From: Balneola sp. | GTDB taxonomy: Bacteria; Bacteroidota; Rhodothermia; Balneolales; Balneolaceae | DNA: 64,000 nt | Direction: 5' to 3' | NCBI GenBank assembly: GCA_028284195.1 | Contig: JANQSE010000011.1 | Span: forward strand, 18 to 64,017 | Part shown: in pieces, positions 53,951 to 64,000 of the stretch | Numbering within the stretch: the stretch's first letter is position 1 | Layout: each line of letters opens with the position of its first letter | Translations under genes and position numbers: made by a program | The notes under the pieces: generated by a model | What the model saw: only the letters and a program-made list of their open reading frames with translations | The model's database searches: none | Told to the model about the DNA's origin: nothing

Positions 53951-55411
53951 CTATTTCCCTTCAATATGCTTCACCAGATTTTCTAACTGCGTATCTCTAT
54001 TGCCTAATACCTGCTGCACATCTTTTGGAATGACAATATCAGGCTCTGTGCCGTTGGTGTCTAGTGTTTTTCCATTGCGCTGAAATGATATCATCGAAGA
54101 TAGCCTTATATCGAATTTTGAGTGTTTTAGCTCAAAATATTGACTTCTTCCACTGGAACCATCGGTACCCATACCTGCAATTTTTACGTTACCCATACCT
54201 TTCAGTGCCGAAGTAAATACGCTGGCAGCGCTAAAAGAGCGTTCGTTTACCAAAACATATACAGGTTTATCGTAGTAATAATGATCTACACCCAAATCAT
54301 GGCTTAGTACCATATAAAAGGCATCAGAAAAACGTTCAGGGTTATAGGCCCATTCGGTTTTAAAATCTTTACTAAATGCTTTTATTGCTTCAATGTCATC
54401 TCTGGTAAAACGTCTTGAACGTGTGTTATACAAGTAACGTGCCTGCATGGTACGCATATCCTCACTAATCTTCTGGTCGCTTCTGATTCTTGTAACATTT
54501 GCAACCCAGGGTTTGGCATCAGGGCTTAAAAAATAAGGGGCTAACATCATTAAAAAATCACGAGTACCACCTCCATTATATCTCAGGTCAATAATCAATG
54601 CATCTGTATTTTTATAATCGTGCATTTTTGCGGGAACATACCGATGTAGATTTCCGCCCTTCCGGTCTCTTTTGCTCACCATGGCTGGCAAACTGATATA
54701 TCCAATGTTATTGCCAACTATTTTAAACAAACTTGGCAAATCTTTTATATTCGGACTGTAGGCCAGATCTCTCCAGCGTTTGGGGTTTTCTGTTAACGGT
54801 AGTGTTAGTGATTTGTCTTTACTACCATTGGTAAAGGTAAATTTATACGTATCTGACTTGCCAAAAACGGCTGTCAAAAAATAATCGTAATTGCGCTCCC
54901 TGGTGGCCTGATGTATTTTAGCGTACTTTGGTGCATGCTTATGCCTCCACGAAATCTTTTCGATAAATTCCTGAATAGGCATGTCATTAATAGATTTTAG
55001 GTAAGGATAATTTTTCTGAAACAGTTGATATGTATCCTTTACTAATTCCTTTTTCAGCGCTACTATGTTCCCGTCTACGGGCGCCATCATAAAAGGCATT
55101 CCTAATGAATCATTTTTGATATTTTCAGGGTACACTCCGGAATGCCGGTCTCCAATGTTTCCTAAAATTTTCACCAAATCATAGTACAAATCTTTAAGGA
55201 CAACAGTCTCGTCCAAACCGGCTATTACCTTATCTATAGCCGCCTCATGATGAGCCCCTTTTGAATACAAATAAGACGATTCTCTGTTTAAAACATCCCG
55301 GAATTTTTCAATATCCTCAATGGCTTGTTGCCTGGTAATGGTCTGTGCATAACCTGTTACAGAAATAAGGAATGTTATAACAGTAAAAAGACTAAAAAGT
55401 AATTTCTTCAT
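53951..55411 (-). CDS. S41 family peptidase, secreted
   Basis: GNNIGYISL; ALIIDLRYNGGG; VYVLVNERSFSAASVF; GMGTDG; NGTEPDIVI. Confidence 0.9.
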   Translation of the reverse strand: MKKLLFSLFTVITFLISVTGYAQTITRQQAIEDIEKFRDVLNRESSYLYSKGAHHEAAIDKVIAGLDETVVLKDLYYDLVKILGNIGDRHSGVYPENIKNDSLGMPFMMAPVDGNIVALKKELVKDTYQLFQKNYPYLKSINDMPIQEFIEKISWRHKHAPKYAKIHQATRERNYDYFLTAVFGKSDTYKFTFTNGSKDKSLTLPLTENPKRWRDLAYSPNIKDLPSLFKIVGNNIGYISLPAMVSKRDRKGGNLHRYVPAKMHDYKNTDALIIDLRYNGGGTRDFLMMLAPYFLSPDAKPWVANVTRIRSDQKISEDMRTMQARYLYNTRSRRFTRDDIEAIKAFSKDFKTEWAYNPERFSDAFYMVLSHDLGVDHYYYDKPVYVLVNERSFSAASVFTSALKGMGNVKIAGMGTDGSSGRSQYFELKHSKFDIRLSSMISFQRNGKTLDTNGTEPDIVIPKDVQQVLGNRDTQLENLVKHIEGK

Positions 55412-55417
55412 AACTGT

Positions 55418-58396
55418 CTACTTTATTTTTTGTTTAATGGTGTTTATTTGATTGATAATTTCTTCTAACTCTTTATAAAGTTCAGCAAATACTTTTTCGG
55501 CCTGTACGGTAGGGGGGAAATCACCGCGCTGCTGATCTGCTAATAAAAATGCCAACCTGTTATTTAAGCGAACACCGTATTTCAAAGGGTCTCGGCCTCC
55601 TACAATGCGTTCGTCTTGCATTTGATTTTCTATCTTTTTTAGTTGATCGGCTATTTTTGATCTTTTGTGCTTTTTAGGAAGTGATTTTCGCAATGCCCTG
55701 ACTTCTGTCAACGTATTGTTGGCTTTACTTACAGCGTCTCTTACTTTGATCAGGAAATCAAATTGCTGTTGTAATTCTTCCTGGGTTACTATAAGTCTGG
55801 GGTCTTTCAGAATTTCAAAGGATTGTGAAATGATATCCTCACCTGAAACAAACTGTGCGATGTAAGTACCGGGAACAGCTCTCGGACCTCTGTTTGGAGA
55901 AGAATAAAAATGCATGCCCTCGAATCGCTCAAAGCCGGGATAACGCATGTCCCAGGACTGTAACTTACCTCCGTTTAGTTTTTTAAAATTAAAACTTCGT
56001 ACGGTGTCTTTGTCCGTTGTTAAAATATGAAGCGTAGCATCTGTACCACGATCAGAAAACAAGCTGAAATTTACGTTGCCGGGCCTGTATGCCACATTGG
56101 GTTTAAATAAATACGAATGTTTGGCGGATATAGCGTCGCTTATTTGATGTAAAACTCCCAGGTCATCTATGATCCAAAAACCTCTGCCATGCGTTGCCGC
56201 GATAAGTTTATTATCTTTTACCAATAAGTCTCTGACGGGTGTTATGGGCAGATTCAATTGAAATGATTTCCAGGAAGCGCCATCGTCAAAAGACACGTAG
56301 ATTCCCCGCTCGGTACCTGCGTACAACAAGCCTTTTCTACCTGGGTCTGCTTCGATAGTTCGGGTGTATTGTTCCGAAGGAATAGTCGCATCAATTCGTT
56401 GCCAGTTTTCCCCGTAATCTGTCGTTTTGTATAAATAGGGCGTATAGTCTCCAAACTTATATGCCGTAGCAGCCATATATGCGCCACCTTTTACAAATGG
56501 ATGCGCAACAATGTCATTCACCATTGCGTTTTTCGGCAGATCTTTAGGGGTGACATTCCGCCAATCGTCTCCGTCATTTTTAGATATGTGTATATATCCG
56601 TCATCAGAGCCTGTCCATAAAACGCCTTTTTCATAAGGCGACTCTGTTGCGGTAATGATGGTACCGTAAAATTCGACCCCTGTATTGTCATCAGAAATTA
56701 ATCCGCCCGATGATTTTAACGTATGAGGTTCGCCACGTGTCAGGTCGGGGCTTATTACTTTCCAGGAGTGCCCTTCGTTGGTAGTGACATGCAAATAATT
56801 GGATGCCGTATATAACTTATTATTTTGATGCGGGCTGAAGAATACCGGAAAGTTCCAGTTGAACCGGTACTTCATCACCTCCACACCCCAGCCCGCCGGA
56901 TTCACCGGCCATATATTGACAGAACGTACCTGCCCTGTTTTGTGGTCTTTGCGCATCATATAGCCTTTATAAGTGCCCGCATACACAATATCAGGGTTGG
57001 TGGGGTCGGCAGCAACATAACCACTTTCGCCTCCGGCGGTAGATTCCCAGGCAGCATTTTTACTGTCTTCTTCATAACTGAAAGGCCGTTCGGTATGTGG
57101 TATACGAATTGTTCCCCAATCCTGCTGTCCTCCGTAAATATTAAACGGGAATTCATTATCTGCTGAAACACGGTATATCTGGGCTGTGGTTTGATTGTGT
57201 GGACTACTCCATGACCGCATACCATTTTGTGAGATCTGAATACCGCCATCATTTGCCAGAGCAGCAATGTTGGGATGCTTGGGGTTTATCCATAGGTCGT
57301 GATGATCTACGTGTTCTCCGCGCCTCGATTCAAACGTGTGGCCCCCGTCGGTGGAGGTGTGATAACGTGTGTTTAACACATATACTTTATCTACATTCGC
57401 GGGGTCTGCATATACACGCATATAGTAATATGCTTTTTGATACAACTCTACATAATCACTGGTGTGTGTCCACGTTTTCCCTCCGTCATCACTACGATAT
57501 AAACCACCTTGTTTGGATTCTACGATAGCCCATACTCTTTCAGCGTTTACAGGGGACACCGCAACACCAATATTCCCCATCAATCCTTTGGGCATACCGG
57601 GGTTGTCCGAAAGGATATCCCACGTTTCTCCTCCGTCAACAGATTTCCATAAATGACTACCCTCGCCACCACTATCCAGCCTGTAGCCGTTACGCCTCAC
57701 ATTATATGTTGAGGCATATATAGTATTAAAATTGTTAGGGTCCAGCGTTAGATCTACGGCACCGGAACGCGCATTGGAGTACAGGATTTTTTTCCATGTT
57801 TTTCCTCCGTTAGTTGTTTTATAGACTCCGCGATCTTCACTGTCTTTCCAAAGGTTTCCAAGCACAGCAGCATATACGATATCAGGATTGTCCGGATGAA
57901 TTCTGATCCGTGCGATCAATTTAGAATTCTTTAACCCGATGTGTGTCCATGTTTTTCCCGCATCAGTAGATTTCCACATACCATTTCCGCTTGACACATT
58001 ACCGCGAACGGTTTTTTCGCCCTCACCCACATAAATGATATTGGGGTCTTTTTGATATACGGCAACTGCTCCGATGGAGCCTCCAAAATAACCATCAGAA
58101 ATATTCTTCCAGCTCAGGCCGGCATCGGTGGTTTTCCATACACCACCACCTGTATAACCTGCATAAAATACCATAGGATCGTTTTCTATACCGGTAACTG
58201 TACATGAGCGGCCTCCACGTGCAGGGCCGATTTCCCGCCACCGGATGCTTTCTTCTAAAAAAGTATCCGAAATATTGCCCGTATATGTGAGTGGGGTTTT
58301 AGCGTTTGACTGGCCGTATGCGACAGGCGTTAGAAAAAACAGACCATGTATCAACGCAATAGCCAGACTGGTAATTTGTAATCGTGTAAAATTCAT
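55418..58396 (-). CDS. VPS10/sortilin-like BNR-repeat protein ('glycosyl hydrolase')
   Basis: WREIGPARGGR; multiple Asp-box repeats (KSTDAGKTW, RSDDGGKTW); HVDHHDLWINP; ATHGRGFW. Confidence 0.88.
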   Translation of the reverse strand: MNFTRLQITSLAIALIHGLFFLTPVAYGQSNAKTPLTYTGNISDTFLEESIRWREIGPARGGRSCTVTGIENDPMVFYAGYTGGGVWKTTDAGLSWKNISDGYFGGSIGAVAVYQKDPNIIYVGEGEKTVRGNVSSGNGMWKSTDAGKTWTHIGLKNSKLIARIRIHPDNPDIVYAAVLGNLWKDSEDRGVYKTTNGGKTWKKILYSNARSGAVDLTLDPNNFNTIYASTYNVRRNGYRLDSGGEGSHLWKSVDGGETWDILSDNPGMPKGLMGNIGVAVSPVNAERVWAIVESKQGGLYRSDDGGKTWTHTSDYVELYQKAYYYMRVYADPANVDKVYVLNTRYHTSTDGGHTFESRRGEHVDHHDLWINPKHPNIAALANDGGIQISQNGMRSWSSPHNQTTAQIYRVSADNEFPFNIYGGQQDWGTIRIPHTERPFSYEEDSKNAAWESTAGGESGYVAADPTNPDIVYAGTYKGYMMRKDHKTGQVRSVNIWPVNPAGWGVEVMKYRFNWNFPVFFSPHQNNKLYTASNYLHVTTNEGHSWKVISPDLTRGEPHTLKSSGGLISDDNTGVEFYGTIITATESPYEKGVLWTGSDDGYIHISKNDGDDWRNVTPKDLPKNAMVNDIVAHPFVKGGAYMAATAYKFGDYTPYLYKTTDYGENWQRIDATIPSEQYTRTIEADPGRKGLLYAGTERGIYVSFDDGASWKSFQLNLPITPVRDLLVKDNKLIAATHGRGFWIIDDLGVLHQISDAISAKHSYLFKPNVAYRPGNVNFSLFSDRGTDATLHILTTDKDTVRSFNFKKLNGGKLQSWDMRYPGFERFEGMHFYSSPNRGPRAVPGTYIAQFVSGEDIISQSFEILKDPRLIVTQEELQQQFDFLIKVRDAVSKANNTLTEVRALRKSLPKKHKRSKIADQLKKIENQMQDERIVGGRDPLKYGVRLNNRLAFLLADQQRGDFPPTVQAEKVFAELYKELEEIINQINTIKQKIK

Positions 58397-58425
58397 GGTG
58401 TGACTTTAAAACAGGTTATACCGTG

Positions 58426-59415
58426 TTAGTTTTTTTCAGGAGCATAGCAAAGCAGTTCTTTATTGCGCTGAGCAACGACTCCGTCTATTTCAATAGTAGG
58501 TTCAAACATGATCAGGTCGTAATGCATAGGCGCTACTACATCGCCTCCAAGTGTTAGGCTTGTCCCTATACCGATGTGAATGGTGCCTACGATACCTTCA
58601 TCATCCAGCATATTTCCTGTTAATTGTGCTTTAGGGTTCATACCAACTCCTAGTTCTGCGACATTATAGCAGTTGGGGTCATTGTATGAGTCTAATTTTT
58701 CCTTTAAGAATTTTGCCTGTTCACCACCTTCCATAGATACAATAAGCCCGTCTTTTACTTCACAAATAATATCTTCTTTTAATATTCCTATTCCCAGATA
58801 GGGCACACTGGCATCAATGACCAATCTTCCATTGGCAGAACCTGTTACGGGCACTACATTCACTTCAATATCCGGTACAGGAGCTAATTCTCCCGGATTT
58901 GGAATATTCGTTAATACATTAGTTTTTTCACCACCAATGACAAATGTGAGGTCTGTACCTTTTGGTGATGTTAGCCTGACATTGGTGCCTTTGGTAAAGG
59001 CATCGCCAAGCTCCTTACATCTTGGGACTTGCGCTGCAAAATCTGTTTCTAACAGGGCAGAACTTAACAGTACATCTTCGTTATAGGCTGTCATTAAAAT
59101 AGCCCTTGCTCCATTTTTGAGAGCTTCTTTCATGGCAATGGTATGAGTAATCGAATAGCGAACAGGTGAAAAAATAACATCAGCCTCTCTCATCGCAGCT
59201 GCTACCGGTTTTGGTGGTTCTTGTCCATCCAGTTTTCGTTGCTCCATCACGCATACTGTGACCTGTGCATCGGCAGCTCTTGCTGCTACAGCTAATTGGC
59301 GCGCAATACCGGTCATAGAATAATCGGTGACAATGACAACTGTCTCATCGGGCTGAACATTTCCATTTACTTCTACTAATTTTTTAAAACTTTTCGCAAA
59401 TCTTACATCATTCAT
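58426..59415 (-). CDS. M29-like metallo-aminopeptidase
   Basis: SPKGTDLTF; PDIEV; AELGVGMN; DEGIVGTIHIGIG; HYD. Confidence 0.75.
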   Translation of the reverse strand: MNDVRFAKSFKKLVEVNGNVQPDETVVIVTDYSMTGIARQLAVAARAADAQVTVCVMEQRKLDGQEPPKPVAAAMREADVIFSPVRYSITHTIAMKEALKNGARAILMTAYNEDVLLSSALLETDFAAQVPRCKELGDAFTKGTNVRLTSPKGTDLTFVIGGEKTNVLTNIPNPGELAPVPDIEVNVVPVTGSANGRLVIDASVPYLGIGILKEDIICEVKDGLIVSMEGGEQAKFLKEKLDSYNDPNCYNVAELGVGMNPKAQLTGNMLDDEGIVGTIHIGIGTSLTLGGDVVAPMHYDLIMFEPTIEIDGVVAQRNKELLCYAPEKN

Positions 59416-59442
59416 TTTGTAACTATTTTTATTAGCTTTACT

Positions 59443-60642
59443 TTAATTATTAACTGGTTCATCTGTACCAAAAACTTTATTAAAAAAGATAGCGGCAAAA
59501 CCATCACTGGTACAATTGGTAGCCGTTCTGAACATATCAGGAATACCTCCTGATAAAGCTATCCAGGTGGCAATAAATTCGGTTTCAACTTCTCCTTCCA
59601 AACCTATTAACGAAGCAAATAATGTAGAGCTCCATAAGGCTGTTCCCATACCTGCCGGCAAGCCGGGAGCGGCAATGGTAAATAATACAATGGCCGGCCA
59701 GGCTATAAATAATACCGACCAGCTTATTTGTATATCAAAAACAACGGTTAAGATAAAGGGTGCATAGGCTACATAGGCAAGAGCACTTGTATCTAAATTG
59801 ATGATTGATCCAACGGGTAAGATAAAATCGGCAATATCTTTTTTCACACCGTATTTCTTTATATTGCCCATATTAATAGGCAAGGTAGCTAAAGAAGAAC
59901 AGGTGCCTGCGGCAAATACTGCGGTGGGGAAATAATATTCTTTTAATACTTTTTTAATCGGTTGTTTTGCCAAACCCTTCACAACAACAAAAAGGTAAAG
60001 CAAAAACCACAATGCGCATAATCCCAACGTATATAAAGACATCAATAAATAATAATTGATACTTTCTTTTGCCCCGCTTTTAATACCCAGGGTTATTCCC
60101 AAAAAGAAAACCAGTGGTACCATAATATACCCCAAATAACCCGATGAGTGGTCTATCCCTTTTTGTACTTTATTTAAAAAGCGATCCAATGGTTCAATTT
60201 TAATAGCGAGTAAGCCAGCCAAGACTGCAACTACAATAGCCATTAAAGGTAATGAAGCACCGGCCTGACCATTTAATATCGTAAACATCCTGACAGCTTG
60301 TGAGAGACCGCCACCGTCAGACGATGGTGTCAAATCAAAGAAAACAGACGAGATCATGACCCCGAGTAAACCCGCAACAACGGATGTAGCAACATACCAT
60401 AAGATAACATAGCCTGCGAGCCTACCGCCTTTACCTTTCTTTACCAGGCTGGATATGGCAGGGCTTAAAGCAAAAAATATCAATAACGGTACAACAGTAA
60501 TAAAGCCATTTAAAAAAGCGCCAACTCCTGTACCCACAAAGGCCAATTGATCAGGAAAAAGGCCACCGGATGTGACACCCAACACCAAAGCCGCTAATGT
60601 CCAAACGTACTGTGGAACAGACGATAGTTTCCATGTCATCAA
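59443..60642 (-). CDS. Dicarboxylate/amino acid:cation symporter family protein (divergent)
   Basis: AAGTCSSLATLP; GSIINLDTSA; AAPGLPAG; DMFRTATNCTSD. Confidence 0.85.
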   Translation of the reverse strand: MMTWKLSSVPQYVWTLAALVLGVTSGGLFPDQLAFVGTGVGAFLNGFITVVPLLIFFALSPAISSLVKKGKGGRLAGYVILWYVATSVVAGLLGVMISSVFFDLTPSSDGGGLSQAVRMFTILNGQAGASLPLMAIVVAVLAGLLAIKIEPLDRFLNKVQKGIDHSSGYLGYIMVPLVFFLGITLGIKSGAKESINYYLLMSLYTLGLCALWFLLYLFVVVKGLAKQPIKKVLKEYYFPTAVFAAGTCSSLATLPINMGNIKKYGVKKDIADFILPVGSIINLDTSALAYVAYAPFILTVVFDIQISWSVLFIAWPAIVLFTIAAPGLPAGMGTALWSSTLFASLIGLEGEVETEFIATWIALSGGIPDMFRTATNCTSDGFAAIFFNKVFGTDEPVNN

Positions 60643-60705
60643 ACAATCCTATTAAGTTCAAATTAAATTCAAGACGAAGATATATAGTCAACTAATCTGC
60701 TAAAA

Positions 60706-60735
60706 GTACCAAATTTGGTTATTTTTACCATACCA
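60706..60735. promoter_or_regulatory. Putative MocR/GabR operator in the divergent intergenic region
   Basis: GTACCA, TTACCA and ATACCA hexamers plus palindrome ACCAAATTTGGT. Confidence 0.5.
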
Positions 60736-60757
60736 GTTTATTGCACATAATTACGGC

Positions 60758-62254
60758 ATGAGCTTTAAAAAACTAGACTTATTTCGAGGCATCACTATTT
60801 CCAGTGATCACAAAGATCCACTGTATCTACAAATTTACAATGAGATAAGAAATGCGATCCTAAAGGGAAGGTTCAAGGCTGGGATAAGGTTGCCTTCTCC
60901 CAGGCTGTTGTCAAAGATATGGAGTGTGTCCAGATCTACTGTTTTGCTGGCATTTGAGCACCTAATTGTGGAAGGCTATATTGAAACAAAACCAAAATCC
61001 GGAACATTTGTATGCCAACATATACCAGACAAATATATTGAGGTGCAAAGTGAAAACGCTGTTGATGATGATTTGAGTGAAGTGAAAATTAAATATTCCA
61101 ATCAGTTTGAATTTATAAACAAACGTTTTCGTGAGCATCGAAAATTAGTGGATATTCCGGTACCATTCAGGCCGGGAATTCCCGATAAAAATGTTTTTCC
61201 AATATCTAAATGGCGTAATGCCAGCAATTCAATATATAGAACCGGACTTTTGGAATCTACAAAATTACCTTTGGGATATTCACCACTTAAAGAAAATTTA
61301 AAAGAGTATTTGACGGTCATTCATGGAATTAGTTGTAAGACTGAACAAATAGTTTTAGTGTCCAGTACACAACAAGCCCTGTCCATAATTTGCGATATTT
61401 TATTGAATTCCAACGATGGCGTAGTGATCGAAGATCCCGGTTATATCAGGGTGCAATCCGCTTTGTACAATGCAGGAGTACAAGTTCACCCTGTCCCTGT
61501 CGATAAAGAGGGGTTACAAATACCATCAAAAAATGAGTTCAAAAAGCCGCCAAAGCTTATCTATACCACACCTTCTCATCAATATCCACTTGGTATAAAT
61601 ATGAGCCTGAAGCGCAGATTTGAGCTTTTAGAATATGCAAAAGAGGCAAATGCTATTATTTTAGAAGATGATTACATTAGTGAATTTAGGTATAGCGGAG
61701 TGCCGAAAACGCCATTATATGGTTTAGATACCGGTAATCGGGTTATTTTTATGGGTACATTCAGTAAGTTATTTTCTCCCGCACTTAAGCTCAGTTATCT
61801 GGTAGTACCTGAAAGGTTGATCGAAGGCTTTGAAACAGTTATGTCTATGATTCACAGAGGGCCGTCCATTCACGACCAGGCCACCATGTCGTTATTTATC
61901 AGCAATGGAAACTTTCAAAAACACATACGCAAAGTCAGAAAGTTATACTCCGAAAAAAGAAATTACATCATAGCACTCTTAAAAAAGAGCTTAAAGGGAC
62001 ACATTGAAATCCAGAAAAACAATGCCGGGTTGCATATTATCGGATGGCTTCCGGAAGGTGTAAGTGATTTGGAGGTTTCCCGTTTTATGGCTGAAAATAA
62101 TATTGTTGTACCTGCATTGTCCAGTTATACGCTAAAAAGTATAGGAAACAAGGGTGCTCTTTTATTCGGATTTACCGGCTGGGATATTATGACTATTGAG
62201 CATAAGATCGAAAAGTTTTGCCTTCTATATAAGGAGTTTTTAAAAGGCAGGTAG
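60758..62254 (+). CDS. MocR/GabR family PLP-dependent transcriptional regulator
   Basis: GntR wHTH (LYLQIY...RLPSPR...VSRSTV...EGYI); aminotransferase domain YTTPSHQYPLG, EDDY, GTFSK. Confidence 0.95.
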   Translation: MSFKKLDLFRGITISSDHKDPLYLQIYNEIRNAILKGRFKAGIRLPSPRLLSKIWSVSRSTVLLAFEHLIVEGYIETKPKSGTFVCQHIPDKYIEVQSENAVDDDLSEVKIKYSNQFEFINKRFREHRKLVDIPVPFRPGIPDKNVFPISKWRNASNSIYRTGLLESTKLPLGYSPLKENLKEYLTVIHGISCKTEQIVLVSSTQQALSIICDILLNSNDGVVIEDPGYIRVQSALYNAGVQVHPVPVDKEGLQIPSKNEFKKPPKLIYTTPSHQYPLGINMSLKRRFELLEYAKEANAIILEDDYISEFRYSGVPKTPLYGLDTGNRVIFMGTFSKLFSPALKLSYLVVPERLIEGFETVMSMIHRGPSIHDQATMSLFISNGNFQKHIRKVRKLYSEKRNYIIALLKKSLKGHIEIQKNNAGLHIIGWLPEGVSDLEVSRFMAENNIVVPALSSYTLKSIGNKGALLFGFTGWDIMTIEHKIEKFCLLYKEFLKGR

Positions 62255-62350
62255 CTTTTTAGCAATAAAAAAGTGAGGAAGCTCAACTTAGCAACGGCCC
62301 GGATCCACGATTGGGCAGTCTCATATTAGGCTCTTGAATTTAGGCATTGC

Positions 62351-63511
62351 CTACTTTTCCCGGGCTTTGTACTTATCCATTATTTTCAAGGTTTCTTTTA
62401 CTGGAAGTGCCTTCATCACCCGGTCTTTTTGCCCTTTCATATCTGTTGCCATAAACAACGAGTTATAGATGGCCTCTTCGGTAGCTTCTACTGCCGCCAG
62501 AAAAAGAGGGGACATGTAATCGTTAGCAACTTCAAGCGTGGCCTGTTCTCTTTCTTTTGCACTGTACGGAATACGAAGCTGAGGGTGGGTGCTGAAGGCG
62601 ATACTGTAATCACCGCTGCCGTTGGATGAAAATGAGCCTACTTTTCCAAAAGCCAGGAACGAACGTTTTGCCAGGCGTTTTAGGTTCCTGGCTGACAGCG
62701 GAGCATCAGTAGCAATTACGATCATACAGGAGCCGTCAACCACATGGGGAACATCTCGGGCCATATAAAAGTTATTCAGCTCTTCTCCCACCGGAGCGCC
62801 ATTGATTTGTAAGATGCCTCCAAAGTTGGTTTGTACAAGTACACCTACCGTGTAGCCGCCTCTTTCTTTCGGAAGCACTCGGGATGAGGTACCAATGCCT
62901 CCTTTAAATCCTAACGCCCTTGTGCCTGTTCCTGCCCCTACATTTCCTTCGGCAACTTTTCCGGTGGTTGCGGTGTTGATGGCTTCCATTACATGTTCAT
63001 CTTTTACATGCCTTCCTCTGATATCGTTGAGCCAGCCGTCATTGGTTTCACCTACTACGGGGTTTACTGATCTTATGTCGGCATTTTCGGGGATTGACAG
63101 CGTGTAGTTCACCAGGCTGTTGGCCACCAAAAAGGCGTTGAGGGTATTGGTGAGGGCAATGGGCGTTTCGATATTACCAAGTTCCTCGATTTGTGTAAAC
63201 CCCAGGGCTTTGCCAAAGCCATTGCCGACAAATACGGCTGCCGGTACTTTTTCCCGGAAGATATTTCCCTGATGAGGTAAAATTACGGTTACTCCTGTCC
63301 GGATGGAATCGCCAATAATCAATGTTTTTTGCCCGACCGAAACGCCTTGTACATCGGTAATGGCATTCCATTTTCCCGGGGTTAGGATTCCGGGCTCAAT
63401 ACCCAGGTCTCTTGCTCTGTGGCGTTGGTCTTGTGCCTGGGCAAATGAAAGAAAGGTTATAAGCACTGCTATAACAGCTATCGGTTTTTTCATTAGTTTA
63501 AATTTGGTCAT
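62351..63511 (-). CDS. dmpA: P1 (S58) family aminopeptidase DmpA, secreted
   Basis: RARDLGI; NAITDV; GNGFGK; ETNDG; EGNVGAGTG; autoprocessing site NG/SGD; EATEEAIYN. Confidence 0.92.
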   Translation of the reverse strand: MTKFKLMKKPIAVIAVLITFLSFAQAQDQRHRARDLGIEPGILTPGKWNAITDVQGVSVGQKTLIIGDSIRTGVTVILPHQGNIFREKVPAAVFVGNGFGKALGFTQIEELGNIETPIALTNTLNAFLVANSLVNYTLSIPENADIRSVNPVVGETNDGWLNDIRGRHVKDEHVMEAINTATTGKVAEGNVGAGTGTRALGFKGGIGTSSRVLPKERGGYTVGVLVQTNFGGILQINGAPVGEELNNFYMARDVPHVVDGSCMIVIATDAPLSARNLKRLAKRSFLAFGKVGSFSSNGSGDYSIAFSTHPQLRIPYSAKEREQATLEVANDYMSPLFLAAVEATEEAIYNSLFMATDMKGQKDRVMKALPVKETLKIMDKYKAREK

Positions 63512-63528
63512 TTACAAAGGAAATTAAT

Positions 63529-63999
63529 TTACTTTCGTCTTTCAAACCATACATTTCGGGCCCTGCTGTTTGAAACCAAAGCCCCGGTGATATCGCCTTC
63601 TTTGTTTCGTTTCAATTTAACAAACTGAAAAGCACTGTTTCCCTGCAAAACATCCTGCTTGATTATTTTTATTTCAAAGTTTCCATGCCTGGTATGATTT
63701 CCAATCAGGTTTTCATCGTCTATTGAAATATAGTAGCTGGTTTTTAACTCCGGGCTGAAATATTCACCGGCAATGGATTGCAATAATTCTTTTGCATAAG
63801 GGGTGGAAACGGGTTGAAATGCCTTGAAAACAGTAGAATTGCTGCCGCTGACTACCGTTATTGTTTTTTCTTTTTTATCCGGTTCAAAACGGACTTTTAC
63901 CGAACTTCCGGATAATAGAAATTCATTTTTTTTAACAGGGATCAGCGGGGTCTCGTTATTCCCGGAACGGGCATACCTTAGCGTATCATTTTTTACATA
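63529..63999 (-). CDS. C-terminal part of a probable serine hydrolase / D-aminopeptidase (partial, runs off the window)
   Basis: Frame open to the window edge (YVKNDTLRYARSGNNETPLIP...GEYFSPELKTSY...VSNSRARNVWFER), typical C-terminal domains of beta-lactamase-fold peptidases. Confidence 0.55.
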   Translation of the reverse strand, partial: YVKNDTLRYARSGNNETPLIPVKKNEFLLSGSSVKVRFEPDKKEKTITVVSGSNSTVFKAFQPVSTPYAKELLQSIAGEYFSPELKTSYYISIDDENLIGNHTRHGNFEIKIIKQDVLQGNSAFQFVKLKRNKEGDITGALVSNSRARNVWFERRK

Positions 64000-64000
64000 G

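Noticed and set aside
1465-63527. Numerous short antisense or overlapping ORFs in the track (e.g. 3133-3582, 21799-22284, 23054-23629, 48594-49106, 50699-51244)
   Set aside because: Shadows of well-supported genes on the opposite strand or frame, with no motifs.
1-64000. tRNA or rRNA genes
   Set aside because: No cloverleaf or rRNA-like sequence recognised.

Overview
Bacterial chromosomal window, most likely from a Balneolota/Rhodothermota-like member of the FCB group. This is inferred from a T9SS C-terminal sorting domain of the 'LHQNYPNPFNP' type, Bacteroidota-like housekeeping genes and a Kgd-type 2-oxoglutarate dehydrogenase fusion. From 1 to 40.5 kb it is mostly core genome: a TetR-TolC-HlyD-ABC efflux operon, an ECF sigma with DUF6768, GH125, pheA, pgm, mazG, maf, a double-RND efflux operon and sucA/kgd. 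Several families of palindromic intergenic repeats are interspersed. From 40.8 to 46.2 kb is a complete type II-C CRISPR-Cas locus: tracrRNA, a compact 1029-aa Cas9, cas1, cas2 and an array of 36-bp repeats. The most unusual feature is that the array ends in two variant repeats and a third copy of that variant lies 4.2 kb further on (50422-50457). The 4202 bp between them carry three intact, uncharacterised membrane-protein genes and three decayed fragments of unrelated genes (DUF4340-like, mfd, modA). The modA fragment is cut exactly at the repeat, so the block looks like a giant spacer or cargo embedded in the array. From 50.6 to 64 kb is a dense peptidase/D-amino-acid locus (DppA, DUF1611 plus epimerase, S41, VPS10-repeat protein, M29-like, symporter, MocR, DmpA). 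All assignments come from reading the sequence and recalling family motifs; no database search was run.
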